A stretch of 64,000 nucleotides of DNA from Trypanosoma brucei (taxonomy: Eukaryota): NCBI GenBank assembly GCA_000002445.1, contig CH464491.1:2720001-2784000 (forward strand). Direction: 5' to 3'. Below the pieces are notes generated by a model that was given only the letters and a program-made list of their open reading frames with translations, ran no database searches and was not told the DNA's origin. Shown here in pieces: positions 18,971-30,053 of this stretch; position 1 is the first letter of the stretch, and every line of letters starts with the position of its first letter. The translations under genes and the position numbers were made by a program.

Positions 18971-20860
18971 GTGAACATCAACTCCTTACTCACACGGGCA
19001 TGTGCTTACGTACGTCTGCGCAAATCACGCTTCAGTAGGTGTATGTTTAGTGAGTCTTTGTACTCGTTTCACACAGTCTCTGCTGACAAAAACCAAAGCA
19101 ACAACCAGAAGGGCTTGTTGGAGGATGAGCCATGTCAATACTCAAATGGAAACAATGAGCCTGGAAGTAAAGCAAAAGGGAACAGGGATCATGAACTTGT
19201 TGGAAGGTGGGGGAGCCCACGACACGGTGGAGGCGTTGGGGTTAGAATCAGCACGTCCGTTTCTGGGAAATTTGACAAACGATGTCCAAAACCTAGCGAA
19301 GGGTACGTGCCACCACACTATGTTGGTTTACCGAAATATTGGTTACCAAATGAGACCTTTCATCCGGAAATAAACCCCCGAAGTCAACGCATCACCAAGT
19401 GGGAAAACTATGTGGGAAATAGTGAGCGCTACCATGCGATTTGCGAGCTCGTGAAGGAGTTGTGGCTTGCGAACGCGCCTGTCAACGGGAACGAGATGGG
19501 CATCGATGGTGTGAACGGTGCCCTACGGCAACTGGGTATCGAGGTGTGGTCTCCGCTCGCAGAGAATTTTTTCTCGGAGCTATCGTTAAATGAAACAAAT
19601 GGACAGCGACTTGTGGGATACAGTGCCTTCAAACGCGTATTTGTTAGGGAACTTCAGGCCCTCTTAACTCCTTCATCAGGCACCAATAGATTGGATGGTG
19701 AGGGTGTCCCAAGGGGTGACACTTGCGGTGTGCGGTTATGTGACCCCAATACGATATGTTCAAGTATACAAACGCTTAGAAGACATCAAAGCACACAGGG
19801 AGCATCAAGCAAAAATACAGTGTCGTCTGCTGCAGCTTCCTCTTCGTTCCGGCGCACTGCCGCTGGTGAACCTTCGGTTGGGTGGCCGGGCATATCCGAT
19901 ATTTGCTCCGCACTCTCTGGCCACGATCTCTTGGGTGTAACTGCGGCCGACGTGTACCTCAGTCCTGATAGTAGGAGACGGTCATCCATCCTGGGTTCGT
20001 CATCTACAGGTACTGATGCACTGCAACGGGTGATGGGACGGGGCAACCAGGGCTTGTACCCTTTGCCCATCGGTGCAAACGGTAAAACACTGGACGGGGT
20101 GTCTGTAGTGAGCAGAATGTCTATCGCCAATTCCTGTGAAGGTGACTCCTGCACACCCGTTGCTCGTTCCAGACGATCGTCTTCGCATCGGAGTGCACTG
20201 GCGGTTGTTACGAGTCCCAACAAGTGCGAAGGGAGAAAGTTGCGAAGGGCGGATGAGGGCTCTCCAGAGGCCGCAGGTGCCCAAAGGAGGGGTAGGTCAA
20301 CCACGAAAACGAAAGGAGGTAAACAAAAAACCCGTCAGAAGTCTAGAGGCTCGTCCGCTACACCACGGCGACCTTCGCGGAAAAGCAGCTCGAAGAGGAG
20401 AAACCGTAGCGGCTCGAAGAGGAGGAACCGTAGCGGCTCAAAGAGGAGGAACCGTAGCAGCAGTAGCCGTGGTAGGTTGCCGCAAGAGTGCGAGGGACGT
20501 GACGATTCAAGCACTTCCCTTTCATCTGTGAGAATTGTGAAGAATCCTACCGGGACGCAGCGGGACGGATCAGTGGTAGAAGACGAGAGCCATTACGGCC
20601 CCTGCGATGCAGCGGGAAGGGGGTCGTATCGTTCACGCGTAATGACCCTTCACCGTTGGCGGAGAACTTCACCACCTGTGTTATGCGTGGATGTAAGGAT
20701 GCCCGACGACAAGAGGGGTACCTTTGATGTTTACAGGGGTGACACTGTGGAGGGGCTTGTGGGCGACTTCGCGAGTGCGTACAACTTGAGTGATAGGTTA
20801 AGCAAACGCCTGGAGAGGTTGCTGGCAAGGAAGCTTGAGTACTACAAATGGAAACTTTGA
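18971..20860 (+). CDS. Hypothetical protein with an arginine/serine-rich tandem 8-aa repeat. The N-terminus is uncertain.
   Basis: Intact 629-codon ORF with an internal SKRRNRSG x3 repeat encoded by 24-bp tandem units at 20387-20458. The flanking region is S/R/K-rich and the C-terminal domain is structured (VDVRMPDDKRGTFDVYRGDTVEGLVGDF...). Confidence 0.5.
   Translation: MNINSLLTRACAYVRLRKSRFSRCMFSESLYSFHTVSADKNQSNNQKGLLEDEPCQYSNGNNEPGSKAKGNRDHELVGRWGSPRHGGGVGVRISTSVSGKFDKRCPKPSEGYVPPHYVGLPKYWLPNETFHPEINPRSQRITKWENYVGNSERYHAICELVKELWLANAPVNGNEMGIDGVNGALRQLGIEVWSPLAENFFSELSLNETNGQRLVGYSAFKRVFVRELQALLTPSSGTNRLDGEGVPRGDTCGVRLCDPNTICSSIQTLRRHQSTQGASSKNTVSSAAASSSFRRTAAGEPSVGWPGISDICSALSGHDLLGVTAADVYLSPDSRRRSSILGSSSTGTDALQRVMGRGNQGLYPLPIGANGKTLDGVSVVSRMSIANSCEGDSCTPVARSRRSSSHRSALAVVTSPNKCEGRKLRRADEGSPEAAGAQRRGRSTTKTKGGKQKTRQKSRGSSATPRRPSRKSSSKRRNRSGSKRRNRSGSKRRNRSSSSRGRLPQECEGRDDSSTSLSSVRIVKNPTGTQRDGSVVEDESHYGPCDAAGRGSYRSRVMTLHRWRRTSPPVLCVDVRMPDDKRGTFDVYRGDTVEGLVGDFASAYNLSDRLSKRLERLLARKLEYYKWKL
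20387..20458 (+). repeat. Three tandem 24-bp units (ggctcgaagaggaggaaccgtagc-like) inside the CDS, coding for (S)KRRNRSG
   Basis: Direct reading: agctcgaagaggagaaaccgtagc / ggctcgaagaggaggaaccgtagc / ggctcaaagaggaggaaccgtagc. Confidence 0.85.
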
Positions 20861-21404
20861 TGTGAAAAAATAGCTTGAAACTGTACTTGTGGGGAAACTG
20901 AAGTTCCCAGTGATTATAGATAAGGTTGAGGGTACGCGGTCACACACGACTCTCCCTCCTTTATAAAAAATGTTCATAGGGAGGAGGCGGCCGTCCAATA
21001 TATAGAGAGGCATAGATATGGTCGCTTTTAGCTGTGAGTACGGTTTATAAAACTATATCTGTACGTATGCTCTTCTCCTGTAACACTGAATGATGCTTGC
21101 TTGTCAATCATTAATATCTAAGCAGCCTCTGGGCGTGCTCTAAGTAGGATGTTTCAGTTTATTGGTTTACGACTCTTCCTTGAATCAAAAAATATATGAA
21201 AGTGTCTTTAGGGACCGTGTTTGTGTGTGTGGGGGGGGGAATCTGTCTGTTCAAGGTGAATGGCGCTCCGCACGTTCTCCTTACCCTTTTGCCGAACTGT
21301 TTCTCTTCCTCTTCTTCACTTCTTTTTAAACATGTGCCTCCATCACCGGCAATTTACTAAAGAGAGACGCTTCCTTTTACCGTAGGATATACCATAGCTG
21401 CGGA

Positions 21405-23063
21405 GTGGAAGCGGTCCGGTATAAGTGGGGTGGAGTGAGAGATAGGATAGGCGACAACCACTTAACACTTGCAATGACTAGCAGGAAGCGGCCGCGGGAA
21501 GCAGCTACATATCATGACATTCGTTTGATGTGTCAGCACGCGAGGGAACGGGAGGCGTTGCTACGCACGGGGCCGTTCTTTGTGGAGCGCATTCTGGCGC
21601 CCCGTCTTGTGGGTATTCATTACAGAGTGGACGGTTTATTGACCGACCCCAGTCGGTTGAGCCGTGACAGCGAGGTGCGTGTGCCACTAAAGTGGCGGCA
21701 GCGGTGCCAAGGACTACTTGCACTACCTCAACACGCACAAGTAGAGGGTTTAAAACGACATTTTGGTTCGATGAACGTCGATGATTTCCGGACTGTGATC
21801 CCGTCACCAGTGTATGTCGCGACGAGGGGTGAGAGGAGTGGCATAAATGTTGCGGTAAGGGCACTAGCCCCTGTAACAGACGTGGTGTTTGACATGGAGG
21901 AGCAATTTGCCGTTGTATGCCAGCGGCGCCGCTTCTCTACCTACGCAATTAGCAGTTGGATGGAGAGTTTAGATGTACCTTCCATTCCTGGTGCTGCAGT
22001 CCCTCTAGTTTCAGTTGAGCCGCAAGGCTTCTCGAGTCTCGGGTTTGCCCTCTCAGCGTTGCAATTTTTGTCATCTTCACTTCATGTTATTGCCGGTTAC
22101 CATAGAGCCCCAGTGGTGGATATCTTTGACTTGGAGAATGTTGACGAGGAGACGAGTGAGCCCCAGCAGCGGTTCAACCTGACGGATGTGAAGGAAAACG
22201 GAAACGTTGAGGATGGTTCAAGCGCCTACGCAAACGATGTTATGCCAATGGACAGATACGTTAGTTTGGGGGCGCTGTCATCAGGGTTGTCCGTGTGGTT
22301 AGACAGTCGTAGCGGAAAGGCGGAGGCATGTACTGGAGTCTTAACGCGCCAATACACTATTGGGGCCCACAACCGCCATACGGGCCGCCGTGATCCACTC
22401 GCATGCGTAACCTCCTTGTGCCAAGGCAACCCTGCGAACATACTTCTAGGAACGGAGGCTGGAGCGTTGCAGCTGTGGGACGTGCGTTGCGCCAGAGAGT
22501 GCGTGGCCCAACATATGACATCGGCGTCAATCTGTCGCCTCCATCCATCGTACTCATATCCCCTGCGCAACGTTGTGTGGCTTAACACGTTAGCGGGCTG
22601 CGTGGAAGCTGTAAGCGTTGGACAGAGCGACATGGAGCTGTTGGCACGACGTCTGTGCCCGGACTTCCAGCGTTCATCCTCAACGTTTCATTTACCGCCA
22701 CCACGTCTCTCCTTCATGGAGTCCTCTGGGGTTGTGGCTTGTCCACACATATCTTCCGGCAAACTGTTGCTTTATGATGGGAGTTCCTTGGTAAAACAGC
22801 CGAACAACTCTCGCACACAGTTATCTTCATATAATAGAGGTGTGGATGGAAAGGACAACGAGTATGAAAACGGGCATTGTAGCAATTTTGGTGGTTTTCT
22901 TCGGGAGGCATCCTCTTCCAGTGAGGAAAGTGGAGAGCGTGAAATTCCGCTGCTGAATGCTCTGCCCTCTGAGGCTAATGCGCTCGTGACTGCATGCACC
23001 GTGTGGAGCAACCGCGATATGTTCGTGCTTGGGGATGAAACAGGCCGAGTGCAGCTCCTGTAA
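21405..23063 (+). CDS. Hypothetical protein (552 aa) with WD-like repeats toward the C-terminus. The probable start is the ATG at 21474.
   Basis: Intact ORF in the + array. Segments such as ILLGTEAGALQLWDVR and VLGDETGRVQLL resemble WD40 blades. No catalytic motif recognised. Confidence 0.5.
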   Translation: MEAVRYKWGGVRDRIGDNHLTLAMTSRKRPREAATYHDIRLMCQHAREREALLRTGPFFVERILAPRLVGIHYRVDGLLTDPSRLSRDSEVRVPLKWRQRCQGLLALPQHAQVEGLKRHFGSMNVDDFRTVIPSPVYVATRGERSGINVAVRALAPVTDVVFDMEEQFAVVCQRRRFSTYAISSWMESLDVPSIPGAAVPLVSVEPQGFSSLGFALSALQFLSSSLHVIAGYHRAPVVDIFDLENVDEETSEPQQRFNLTDVKENGNVEDGSSAYANDVMPMDRYVSLGALSSGLSVWLDSRSGKAEACTGVLTRQYTIGAHNRHTGRRDPLACVTSLCQGNPANILLGTEAGALQLWDVRCARECVAQHMTSASICRLHPSYSYPLRNVVWLNTLAGCVEAVSVGQSDMELLARRLCPDFQRSSSTFHLPPPRLSFMESSGVVACPHISSGKLLLYDGSSLVKQPNNSRTQLSSYNRGVDGKDNEYENGHCSNFGGFLREASSSSEESGEREIPLLNALPSEANALVTACTVWSNRDMFVLGDETGRVQLL

Positions 23064-23417
23064 TATACAAACTCGTAGAGAGGTAGATGGGCATTGTCTC
23101 CCGTTGTCTGTCTTACCATCATTTTTCTTCACGCATATGTCACTACTTTTTTATACACCAGTCGGTGGCGATTGGTTATGTTGTCACGCACGCTCTTTAT
23201 ACATAGGAGCGCCTTGTTACTTGTACATTCACTTTGCATGAACACACGTGTGTGTGGTAAAAAAAAAAGCTATGGGGATGCGACAAGTTTATTTGTGGTG
23301 ATGTTGACAACAGTGATAATAGTGTCAGGGTTATGTATTGTTCTTTCCGTGCCATTTACCATCTGGGACTTAGGTAGGCTTAACTAAAAATTACTCAGAG
23401 AGGAACGTTAAACGCAG

Positions 23418-24284
23418 ATGCTCCGTCGCAGTGGTTGCTTCCTCAACATGGGGCTGGGGGACGAGTACGTGAAAAAGGTGTTCAACAGCGTGGCCAGCAA
23501 GTATGATATGATGAACGATGTTCTTTCGCTTGGCATACACCGCCTGTGGAAGCGCGAATTTGTCCGTGACTACGTACGACCGTGCCCTGGTGGATCGTAC
23601 GTTGACGTCGCTGGAGGTACTGGCGATATTGCCTTTCGCATAATTGATGAAGTGCGCCAGTTGGAACGGGGACTTCCAGGCCTTACACCTCCCGACTTTC
23701 GAGGAGTTGGTGTGACGGTTGTGGACATTAATGAACAGATGGTTCACGAGGGAGAGGCCCGGGCAGCACGGGAAGGATATGATGGTTTGGAGTGGATTGT
23801 CGCCAGCGGGGAGGAGCTTCCGTTGGATGACATGCAGTTCGATGGCTACACGGTATCGTTTGGCCTGCGGAATTTCAGTGACAGGCCGAAAGCCCTTCGA
23901 GAAGCGCATCGAGTGCTGAAAGTGGGTGGTGTACTGAGCGTGCTGGAGTTTAGCAAAGTCACGTGCTCGCTGCTGCGCGTGCCTTACGACGTGTGGTCTT
24001 ACGGTTTCATTCCACAAGCCGGCCGGATTTTGGCAAATGAGGAAAGCTATAGGTACCTTGTGGATAGCATTAGAGCCTTTCCCGATCAGGAGACCCTCGC
24101 AGAGATGATTCGGGAGGCGGGATTCGGTTACGTGAGGTATGATAATCTCTCTGGCGGAATCGCATGCGTACACACCGCAGTAAAAACGGAGGCTGTTCCA
24201 ATACATAAACCTAAGTCAGAGGTAGAAAACGCTATGGCGCAACAGGAGCGAGTGGTAGAAGACAGTAAAGTGGGGGCTGCATAG
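23418..24284 (+). CDS. COQ5: 2-methoxy-6-polyprenyl-1,4-benzoquinol methylase (UbiE/COQ5 family SAM-dependent methyltransferase; ubiquinone biosynthesis)
   Basis: Family N-terminal signature FNSVASKYDMMNDVLSLGIHRLWKR. SAM-binding motif I at VDVAGGTGDIAFRI. Post-I/II/III motifs EELPLDDMQFDGYTVSFGLRNFSDRPKALREAHRVLKVGGVLSVLEFSKV are typical of UbiE/COQ5. Confidence 0.9.
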   Translation: MLRRSGCFLNMGLGDEYVKKVFNSVASKYDMMNDVLSLGIHRLWKREFVRDYVRPCPGGSYVDVAGGTGDIAFRIIDEVRQLERGLPGLTPPDFRGVGVTVVDINEQMVHEGEARAAREGYDGLEWIVASGEELPLDDMQFDGYTVSFGLRNFSDRPKALREAHRVLKVGGVLSVLEFSKVTCSLLRVPYDVWSYGFIPQAGRILANEESYRYLVDSIRAFPDQETLAEMIREAGFGYVRYDNLSGGIACVHTAVKTEAVPIHKPKSEVENAMAQQERVVEDSKVGAA

Positions 24285-25124
24285 AAAACTCTCCCGATTG
24301 AGCTGTGTTGTGCAACATTTGTTGAAAACATACAAGCAGAATTAAGTATAGTAGTCGCAGGGGAACTTTAATCATTCATATGCCACAAGGCGTATAATAG
24401 TGGTGGGCTTATATATTTTCTTATTCAACCCTTGCTGCATGCCGGGGCCTACGTTTTGTGTTCGTTGTAGCTCCACTTTGGCAACGGCCACGCTATGCCC
24501 TGTTACTTTTTTCATTATATTTTGCACGTCGTGTTTTAATCAATTTTGTATTATCCGGTTCATTCTTCATTTTTTCCCCCTCCCGTGCATTTTAGCGTGT
24601 AACGACGGCGGCGCCTGACCTAATCATTGTCGGCTGCACACGAGGTTCATTGCAACCGTCTAGAGAGTTACGAGGGGTGGTAGTGGTGAGTACCATAAAG
24701 GAAAAGGACCGAAAAAAAAATAGGAGGCAAACAAAAAACACACACTAGCGGGGGACGCATACAGGTATATATATATATATATATTACGCGCGCACAGAAT
24801 TGGAAAGTCTTTTTTTTTCCGTAATCCTCCTGCGAGCAGGTAGCGGAGACACATAAACGAAGAAGGGGTAATTACAGTAAACGGCTCTAGGAACATACCC
24901 CACCCCTGGAACGCACGTAGAACGAGCATTAGAAATCGAAGTTCAAGGACTGCCGAGGAGAAGCACTACATTACGAAAACGCTGTACTGCGCGATCTTGT
25001 TTTAGTTTTTTTGGCCTGTAGCCTCTGTGGTAGCGAAAATCGACGATACAAAAAAAGAATAAAAGAAGCAACAGAGTGGATTGCCTGCCAGTAGGTTGAG
25101 TAAAAGAAGGGACGGGGCACAGTC

Positions 25125-28100
25125 ATGTTCAATGTCTCACCAGCGAGTCGTGACCGCGTGCGTTCTGAGAGTCAGCGCACCCCGCGCCCCCGCAGCTCAC
25201 TCTCCATGCCACGTGAATTGTCCTACACACCCGCCATATCTTCCATTCCTTCGAGCCTGCACACACCGTTTATTCAAAAGTGCTACGTTCAGGGGGACAA
25301 TTCCACTGAGGGTCAGCAGCAGCAGCAGCAGCAACCGCCTGATCACATGACTGTCGTATTTGAAAGTGATAACATGCAACTGACAACAACAAGTTTGCTC
25401 GGGAAAGGTGGGTTTGGTCGAGTGTACGTGGCCCAGTCAAGTGGCGGGGAGTTGTGCGCCTTGAAAGTATCGTCGAAACAAATGACGGATGGTGACTGGG
25501 AGCGGTTGCGCAAAGAGGTGGCGCTTATGAGTCACTTCTCGCAGCACCCCAACGTGGTGAAGCTAATTGCTGCCGGTCGAGATAGGAATTTTGCGTATGT
25601 GGCGATGGAGTGCTGTGCGAGTCGGTCGCTGCATGACATTATTAACAAACATGGTCTCGAAGTGCCAGAAATTTTGTGGGTCGGCTATGCACTCATTGAT
25701 ACAATCGCTTTTCTGCACGCCAAGGGTTGCATACACCGGGACCTAAAGCCACAGAACCTTTTGTTTGACTTCGATGGAAACCTGAAGATAAGTGATTTTG
25801 GACTTTCAAGCAACGTTACCGAATCTGAACCACGGAAGACGGTTGCCGGGACGGCAATGTATATGGCACCCGAAATTGCTGGCGCAGTGTATAAACGCAT
25901 GACCAACGATAACAGCTCTAGTTCACTGCGCTACGGTCAGGAGGTTGACACATGGAGCATTGGTGTGGTGTTGTACGTCATGTTGACGCGCATGAACCCG
26001 TACGCGCAGGCGCTTGAAAATGAAGGTGCACACGAGATGAACAAGACGCAGAAGACACTCACCTTATTTAGTGCGGTTGCGGGGGCCGCTTGGCACTGGC
26101 CGGCGGGTTGGAGAGGCGACAAGGAACTAAGTGATGTTGTCAATCAAATACTGCATCGCAATCCAGCTCAGCGAGCCACGCTACAAGATATACTGCAGCA
26201 CCCTGTTTGGGACCGACGGCCGCTTTCGTGTCCGCTCACGCTGCTGCAAAAACTGAATTTAGTCGAGCGACGACCGTTTACCCGAACCGGAGCGGTAGGC
26301 CGCTCATGCAGCCGTGCTCCTGAAGGTATGCAGCCCCAATATGCCACCAAAACGGCAGAAGTTGTGCTCCTAGAGGGGCTAAACCAAGTGATTCAAGTCG
26401 AAGAGAGCACTCGTACTCAACTCGTCCTTGAAAGCAATGAGGTGATAAATCTCATATTCGGAACCCTGAAGCTGCATGCCTCAGAGGCTAACGGAAGGCG
26501 GTTTATTGTGATAGATGAGAAAGGTTGCCGCAAGAACATCGAAGACATGTTGCTGACCACTCGCCCGGTGCGTTGTCGCAGCCATGAGTTAGTGTCGACA
26601 GCGGTGTGTGCAAAACAGCCCAAACGTGGAACAAGGGTCGGTTCCTCATTAAGGCCGCAAAGGGAATCCAGTGTTTTGTTGGCGGGTCCATTAGCTTTCG
26701 GCCAGACTCAAGATGCTGGAGAGATTGTCCGCGCAGCGTCTGACAGGTACGCTGTGGTGTTCAGTGGACGTGAAACCTCCACACGGTGGTCTCTCCGCAA
26801 TGTCATCTCACTCCCTCGAGAACTTAACGCTGCAATTGAGGAGGTTACGTGCATTAACAAACACCAAATGAAGAAACTTATCAAAATACCCCTGGGTTAT
26901 GTCGGGTTTGATTGCAACGTATGCGACAGTGCGATTGATGATATTAGTATCGAGAAACCAGTTTTTCGATGTCATAAGTGCGACTACGACCTCTGCATGA
27001 ATTGTGCTTACGAGGGGAAAATAAAGGACGTTAACTTTGTTTGTGTTTCATGCATGAAAAAGTTTGCGTCCTCTTCAAAGCTCGAAGCACATTCAGCTAA
27101 GTGCCGTGGCCCAAGCATGAGCCCCTCGGCACGCTGCTCTTCCCGTCGAAACACGATGCTTTGGGAGCAATTGGAAAACGAGGGCGGAAGTCTGCTGGAT
27201 ATCCGGTTGCCTACCGAAACTAAACCGCGACGTAGTGCCCGTACATCTTGCCGTACCTCCGGTGGTCGAGAGTCGTCGGGTGGTCGCATTAGTATTGGTG
27301 ACAGCTATGTACCAGGACCGGAGGACTTAGGCACAATGGTAGTAGCGCACCGTGACGCCAATTTCCCTGAAATGCCAAAATTCTCCACTCAGAGCGATAG
27401 CAAGGCAAGCTCCCCTTTCGGTGAGAAGGAGGGCGCTGATAAAAATTATAGGCAGAGTTTCTCCTTTGAACTTCCCCCTCAGGTTCGGCTCTCTAAACAT
27501 CGTAGGGATAAGGGAGCGGAACCACGGAGTTCGGAAGAATTGCGCGAGATTGTAGATGAGCTTACGCCAACACCTAAAAGGGTGCGTACAGAAGCACGGC
27601 AGAATTCTTGTGAGCCATATGCTCCCCAAGTGAATGACGCAGGCTTGGTTGTCGGCATTGCTGCGCGGTCTCGTGTTGAAAGGGAGGGAAGTCTGCGTGG
27701 GGAACAGCAATCCCGTAACGTCGTAGTAATCCGTGCAGACAACGCGGCGAAACCACAAGACCTGCGAAAGCAGTCTCAGGTTCCTCGAAGCGCTTCGTCA
27801 AGTCAACCTGGTAGTAGGATGGAGTCGCAAGCTATCGATACTCTCTCGAAGCCGGCCCCTAAGAATGTGGCAGTACGAGAGTATCGGTCCGCGTCCGGCC
27901 AGCGCGATCCACTGGTGCCGAGAACGTCACTGCCTTCAGCTCAGACTGGAGAAATTTTCGGTGCACCGCCTCTCCCACGAATCGTCACCTCCGGGAGGTC
28001 TAGCGTACCACGTTCAATGTCGTACACATTGCCATCTGCTGCTGGTGTTGCGCGACGCCAGACATCCCAGCCTTTAGTGAACTTACTTGGAGGGGTCCCT

Positions 28101-28907
28101 GTCGGGGCGTATGGGGGCGGATCTTTCAACCCCGGCGAGCGCAATGCTTCCATCAGCAACACCAACAGAACTGTTGGACCGGGGCAAGGTGGGACGGCGT
28201 ACCTGGCCCTTCCTCGGGACAAGCAAAACCGGGATCGCTTTGTTGATGACTTCCTAAGCGGGGCGTGGGTAAGGGTTTACTCTTTCATTGGTTCTGAAGT
28301 TGTTGTGATGTATTATTCTGTGCAACCCGGTAGGTACGGTGCCCTCTTCCCCACAGAGGAGGGAGCAGCTACGGCAGTTCTGGACATACACTCTAAGTTG
28401 GTGCTATACGTGCCGCGTATGGATAAGGATACCGTTACTCGGACCCAGTGCCATCCGAATGTTCTAAGTTTCTTTCAAGACGAAATACGCATTCTACCCG
28501 CTACAAGTGCAGAGAAAACCCTCGGTGGTGTGCTTCGTGGCATAATGGGTTTCGTTAGTGAACTTACGAAATGTCGTGGGGAGGGAGAAAAGTATGCAGC
28601 AGCGCAGTCTGCATACATTCACCAACGTGAGAAGGGTGCGGTCCCCGCGGGCACAAAGTTCGCGTATGTGAGAAAGGCGTTCCCAGATCCAGCAGGCTCT
28701 TTCGTGTTGTTCCGTTTGTCCAACCTGCGGTCGCAGGTAGTTTTTAACAACGCACTCCTAGACATCCGTTGGCAAAGCGACAAGAACCATAATGTTGGGC
28801 AAAAGTACTACGTGCGGCCCAACGGCGAGGCCGGACCATTTACTGCGGAGCACTCAGGTATCCTCAATCACGTAAATTTGGTGATGCGCAACGTCTACCG
28901 GAAATGA
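25125..28907 (+). CDS. Serine/threonine protein kinase (1260 aa) with a central ZZ-type plus C2HC zinc-finger module and a long low-complexity C-terminal region
   Basis: Canonical kinase motifs are present: LGKGGFGRVY (Gly loop), ALKV (VAIK lysine), HRDLKPQNLL (catalytic loop), ISDFGLS (DFG) and GTAMYMAPE (APE). Downstream sits CNVCDSAIDD...FRCHKCDYDLCMNCAYEG (ZZ finger), followed by FVCVSCMKKFASSSKLEAHSAKC (C2HC). A (CAG)n tract at 25314-25334 encodes a polyQ run. Confidence 0.85.
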   Translation: MFNVSPASRDRVRSESQRTPRPRSSLSMPRELSYTPAISSIPSSLHTPFIQKCYVQGDNSTEGQQQQQQQPPDHMTVVFESDNMQLTTTSLLGKGGFGRVYVAQSSGGELCALKVSSKQMTDGDWERLRKEVALMSHFSQHPNVVKLIAAGRDRNFAYVAMECCASRSLHDIINKHGLEVPEILWVGYALIDTIAFLHAKGCIHRDLKPQNLLFDFDGNLKISDFGLSSNVTESEPRKTVAGTAMYMAPEIAGAVYKRMTNDNSSSSLRYGQEVDTWSIGVVLYVMLTRMNPYAQALENEGAHEMNKTQKTLTLFSAVAGAAWHWPAGWRGDKELSDVVNQILHRNPAQRATLQDILQHPVWDRRPLSCPLTLLQKLNLVERRPFTRTGAVGRSCSRAPEGMQPQYATKTAEVVLLEGLNQVIQVEESTRTQLVLESNEVINLIFGTLKLHASEANGRRFIVIDEKGCRKNIEDMLLTTRPVRCRSHELVSTAVCAKQPKRGTRVGSSLRPQRESSVLLAGPLAFGQTQDAGEIVRAASDRYAVVFSGRETSTRWSLRNVISLPRELNAAIEEVTCINKHQMKKLIKIPLGYVGFDCNVCDSAIDDISIEKPVFRCHKCDYDLCMNCAYEGKIKDVNFVCVSCMKKFASSSKLEAHSAKCRGPSMSPSARCSSRRNTMLWEQLENEGGSLLDIRLPTETKPRRSARTSCRTSGGRESSGGRISIGDSYVPGPEDLGTMVVAHRDANFPEMPKFSTQSDSKASSPFGEKEGADKNYRQSFSFELPPQVRLSKHRRDKGAEPRSSEELREIVDELTPTPKRVRTEARQNSCEPYAPQVNDAGLVVGIAARSRVEREGSLRGEQQSRNVVVIRADNAAKPQDLRKQSQVPRSASSSQPGSRMESQAIDTLSKPAPKNVAVREYRSASGQRDPLVPRTSLPSAQTGEIFGAPPLPRIVTSGRSSVPRSMSYTLPSAAGVARRQTSQPLVNLLGGVPVGAYGGGSFNPGERNASISNTNRTVGPGQGGTAYLALPRDKQNRDRFVDDFLSGAWVRVYSFIGSEVVVMYYSVQPGRYGALFPTEEGAATAVLDIHSKLVLYVPRMDKDTVTRTQCHPNVLSFFQDEIRILPATSAEKTLGGVLRGIMGFVSELTKCRGEGEKYAAAQSAYIHQREKGAVPAGTKFAYVRKAFPDPAGSFVLFRLSNLRSQVVFNNALLDIRWQSDKNHNVGQKYYVRPNGEAGPFTAEHSGILNHVNLVMRNVYRK

Positions 28908-30053
28908 GAAACTCACAAGTGAGTTACTCTTCTGCTGCCACGTGCGCACGCACGCTTCTGTGTTCGGGTACTTTGGTGTGTCTGCACGGCTCCGTATGCA
29001 TATGTGGTTGCTTCAGTGCGATATCCAGTGTCCGACCACCTCGTTGGGGAAGTAAAAAGATTTGCGTGATGAGAAAACCACCTGTGGGACACCGCGGTGA
29101 AATCCGCAGACGCGATACTGGAGTCCACAGTTTGAGACGCTTACTGTGTAGCTTTCATTTACGTTCACTTAAGATTTTGTTTTCCTTTCTATAACTTTTA
29201 TCTACAATTTTTTGTTTTTACCCCGCAACTTTGTGTTTATTCACATATCTACAAATAGATTTAGAGGCCATCTGAGGATGGGGGTCGAAAATGTGGGAAA
29301 CTTGTTTTGCGTGTTCATTGTGTGGGAAGGAAGTGGGGAAAGGGAAATAGACATAGAATGGTGTCTGGTCGTCTTTAATGTGCGTGCGAATTAAAACTGT
29401 TGCGACGACGTGCATTTGAACGGACACTCCCTTTTTAGCCTAGAGGCCCGCTTGTGAGGGGCCAGTGGGCCACGTTTATTACTATTATGATATATATATA
29501 TATATATATAACTTTGTTTGGCTCGTCGTTACGCGAGGTATGCAACCCTGTGAACAGGAACAGGGGGAATACGTTGATTTCTGCTTTTCGGCTTGTCGTT
29601 TCAGTTTCAATCATTAACTTTCTCATTGGTTGGGTGACGTATTTGATCCTCCCTCGCTCTCGCTCAGCACCCCATTCTCAATATAATCTGGGCCGCAGTA
29701 AAACTTGTTTCTTCGGTTACTTTCATCCACCTTTCCCCAGCGCCTTCTACGTTTGTTTTCCAGGCACGGAGGCGTTTTGAGTGCTTCGCCACCCATTGTG
29801 TCCTATTCGTTTATTCCGGCAGTGCTCACCACCTTGTGCACGATTTCATGCTTAGACGAGTCAACTAGACGGAGGAGCTAGTTCCTGCAGGAAAGGGGTG
29901 TAAGTGGGTGATCTGAAGCATTGGCACATCAGTTTTGCTAGGTACAAAGTGCTTCCACCTGTTTTGCATTCAGTTTTTTACTGCCTACTGCCTCGCGCAC
30001 CTTCCTTTCCCCTTAATAGTCTTGTGCTGTTTTTTAAAAAAATTCGATAGCGC

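Noticed and set aside
23391-24206. 271-aa minus-strand ORF
   Set aside because: It lies entirely antisense to the high-confidence UbiE/COQ5 methyltransferase CDS and has no motifs. It is a typical antisense shadow ORF in GC-balanced coding DNA.
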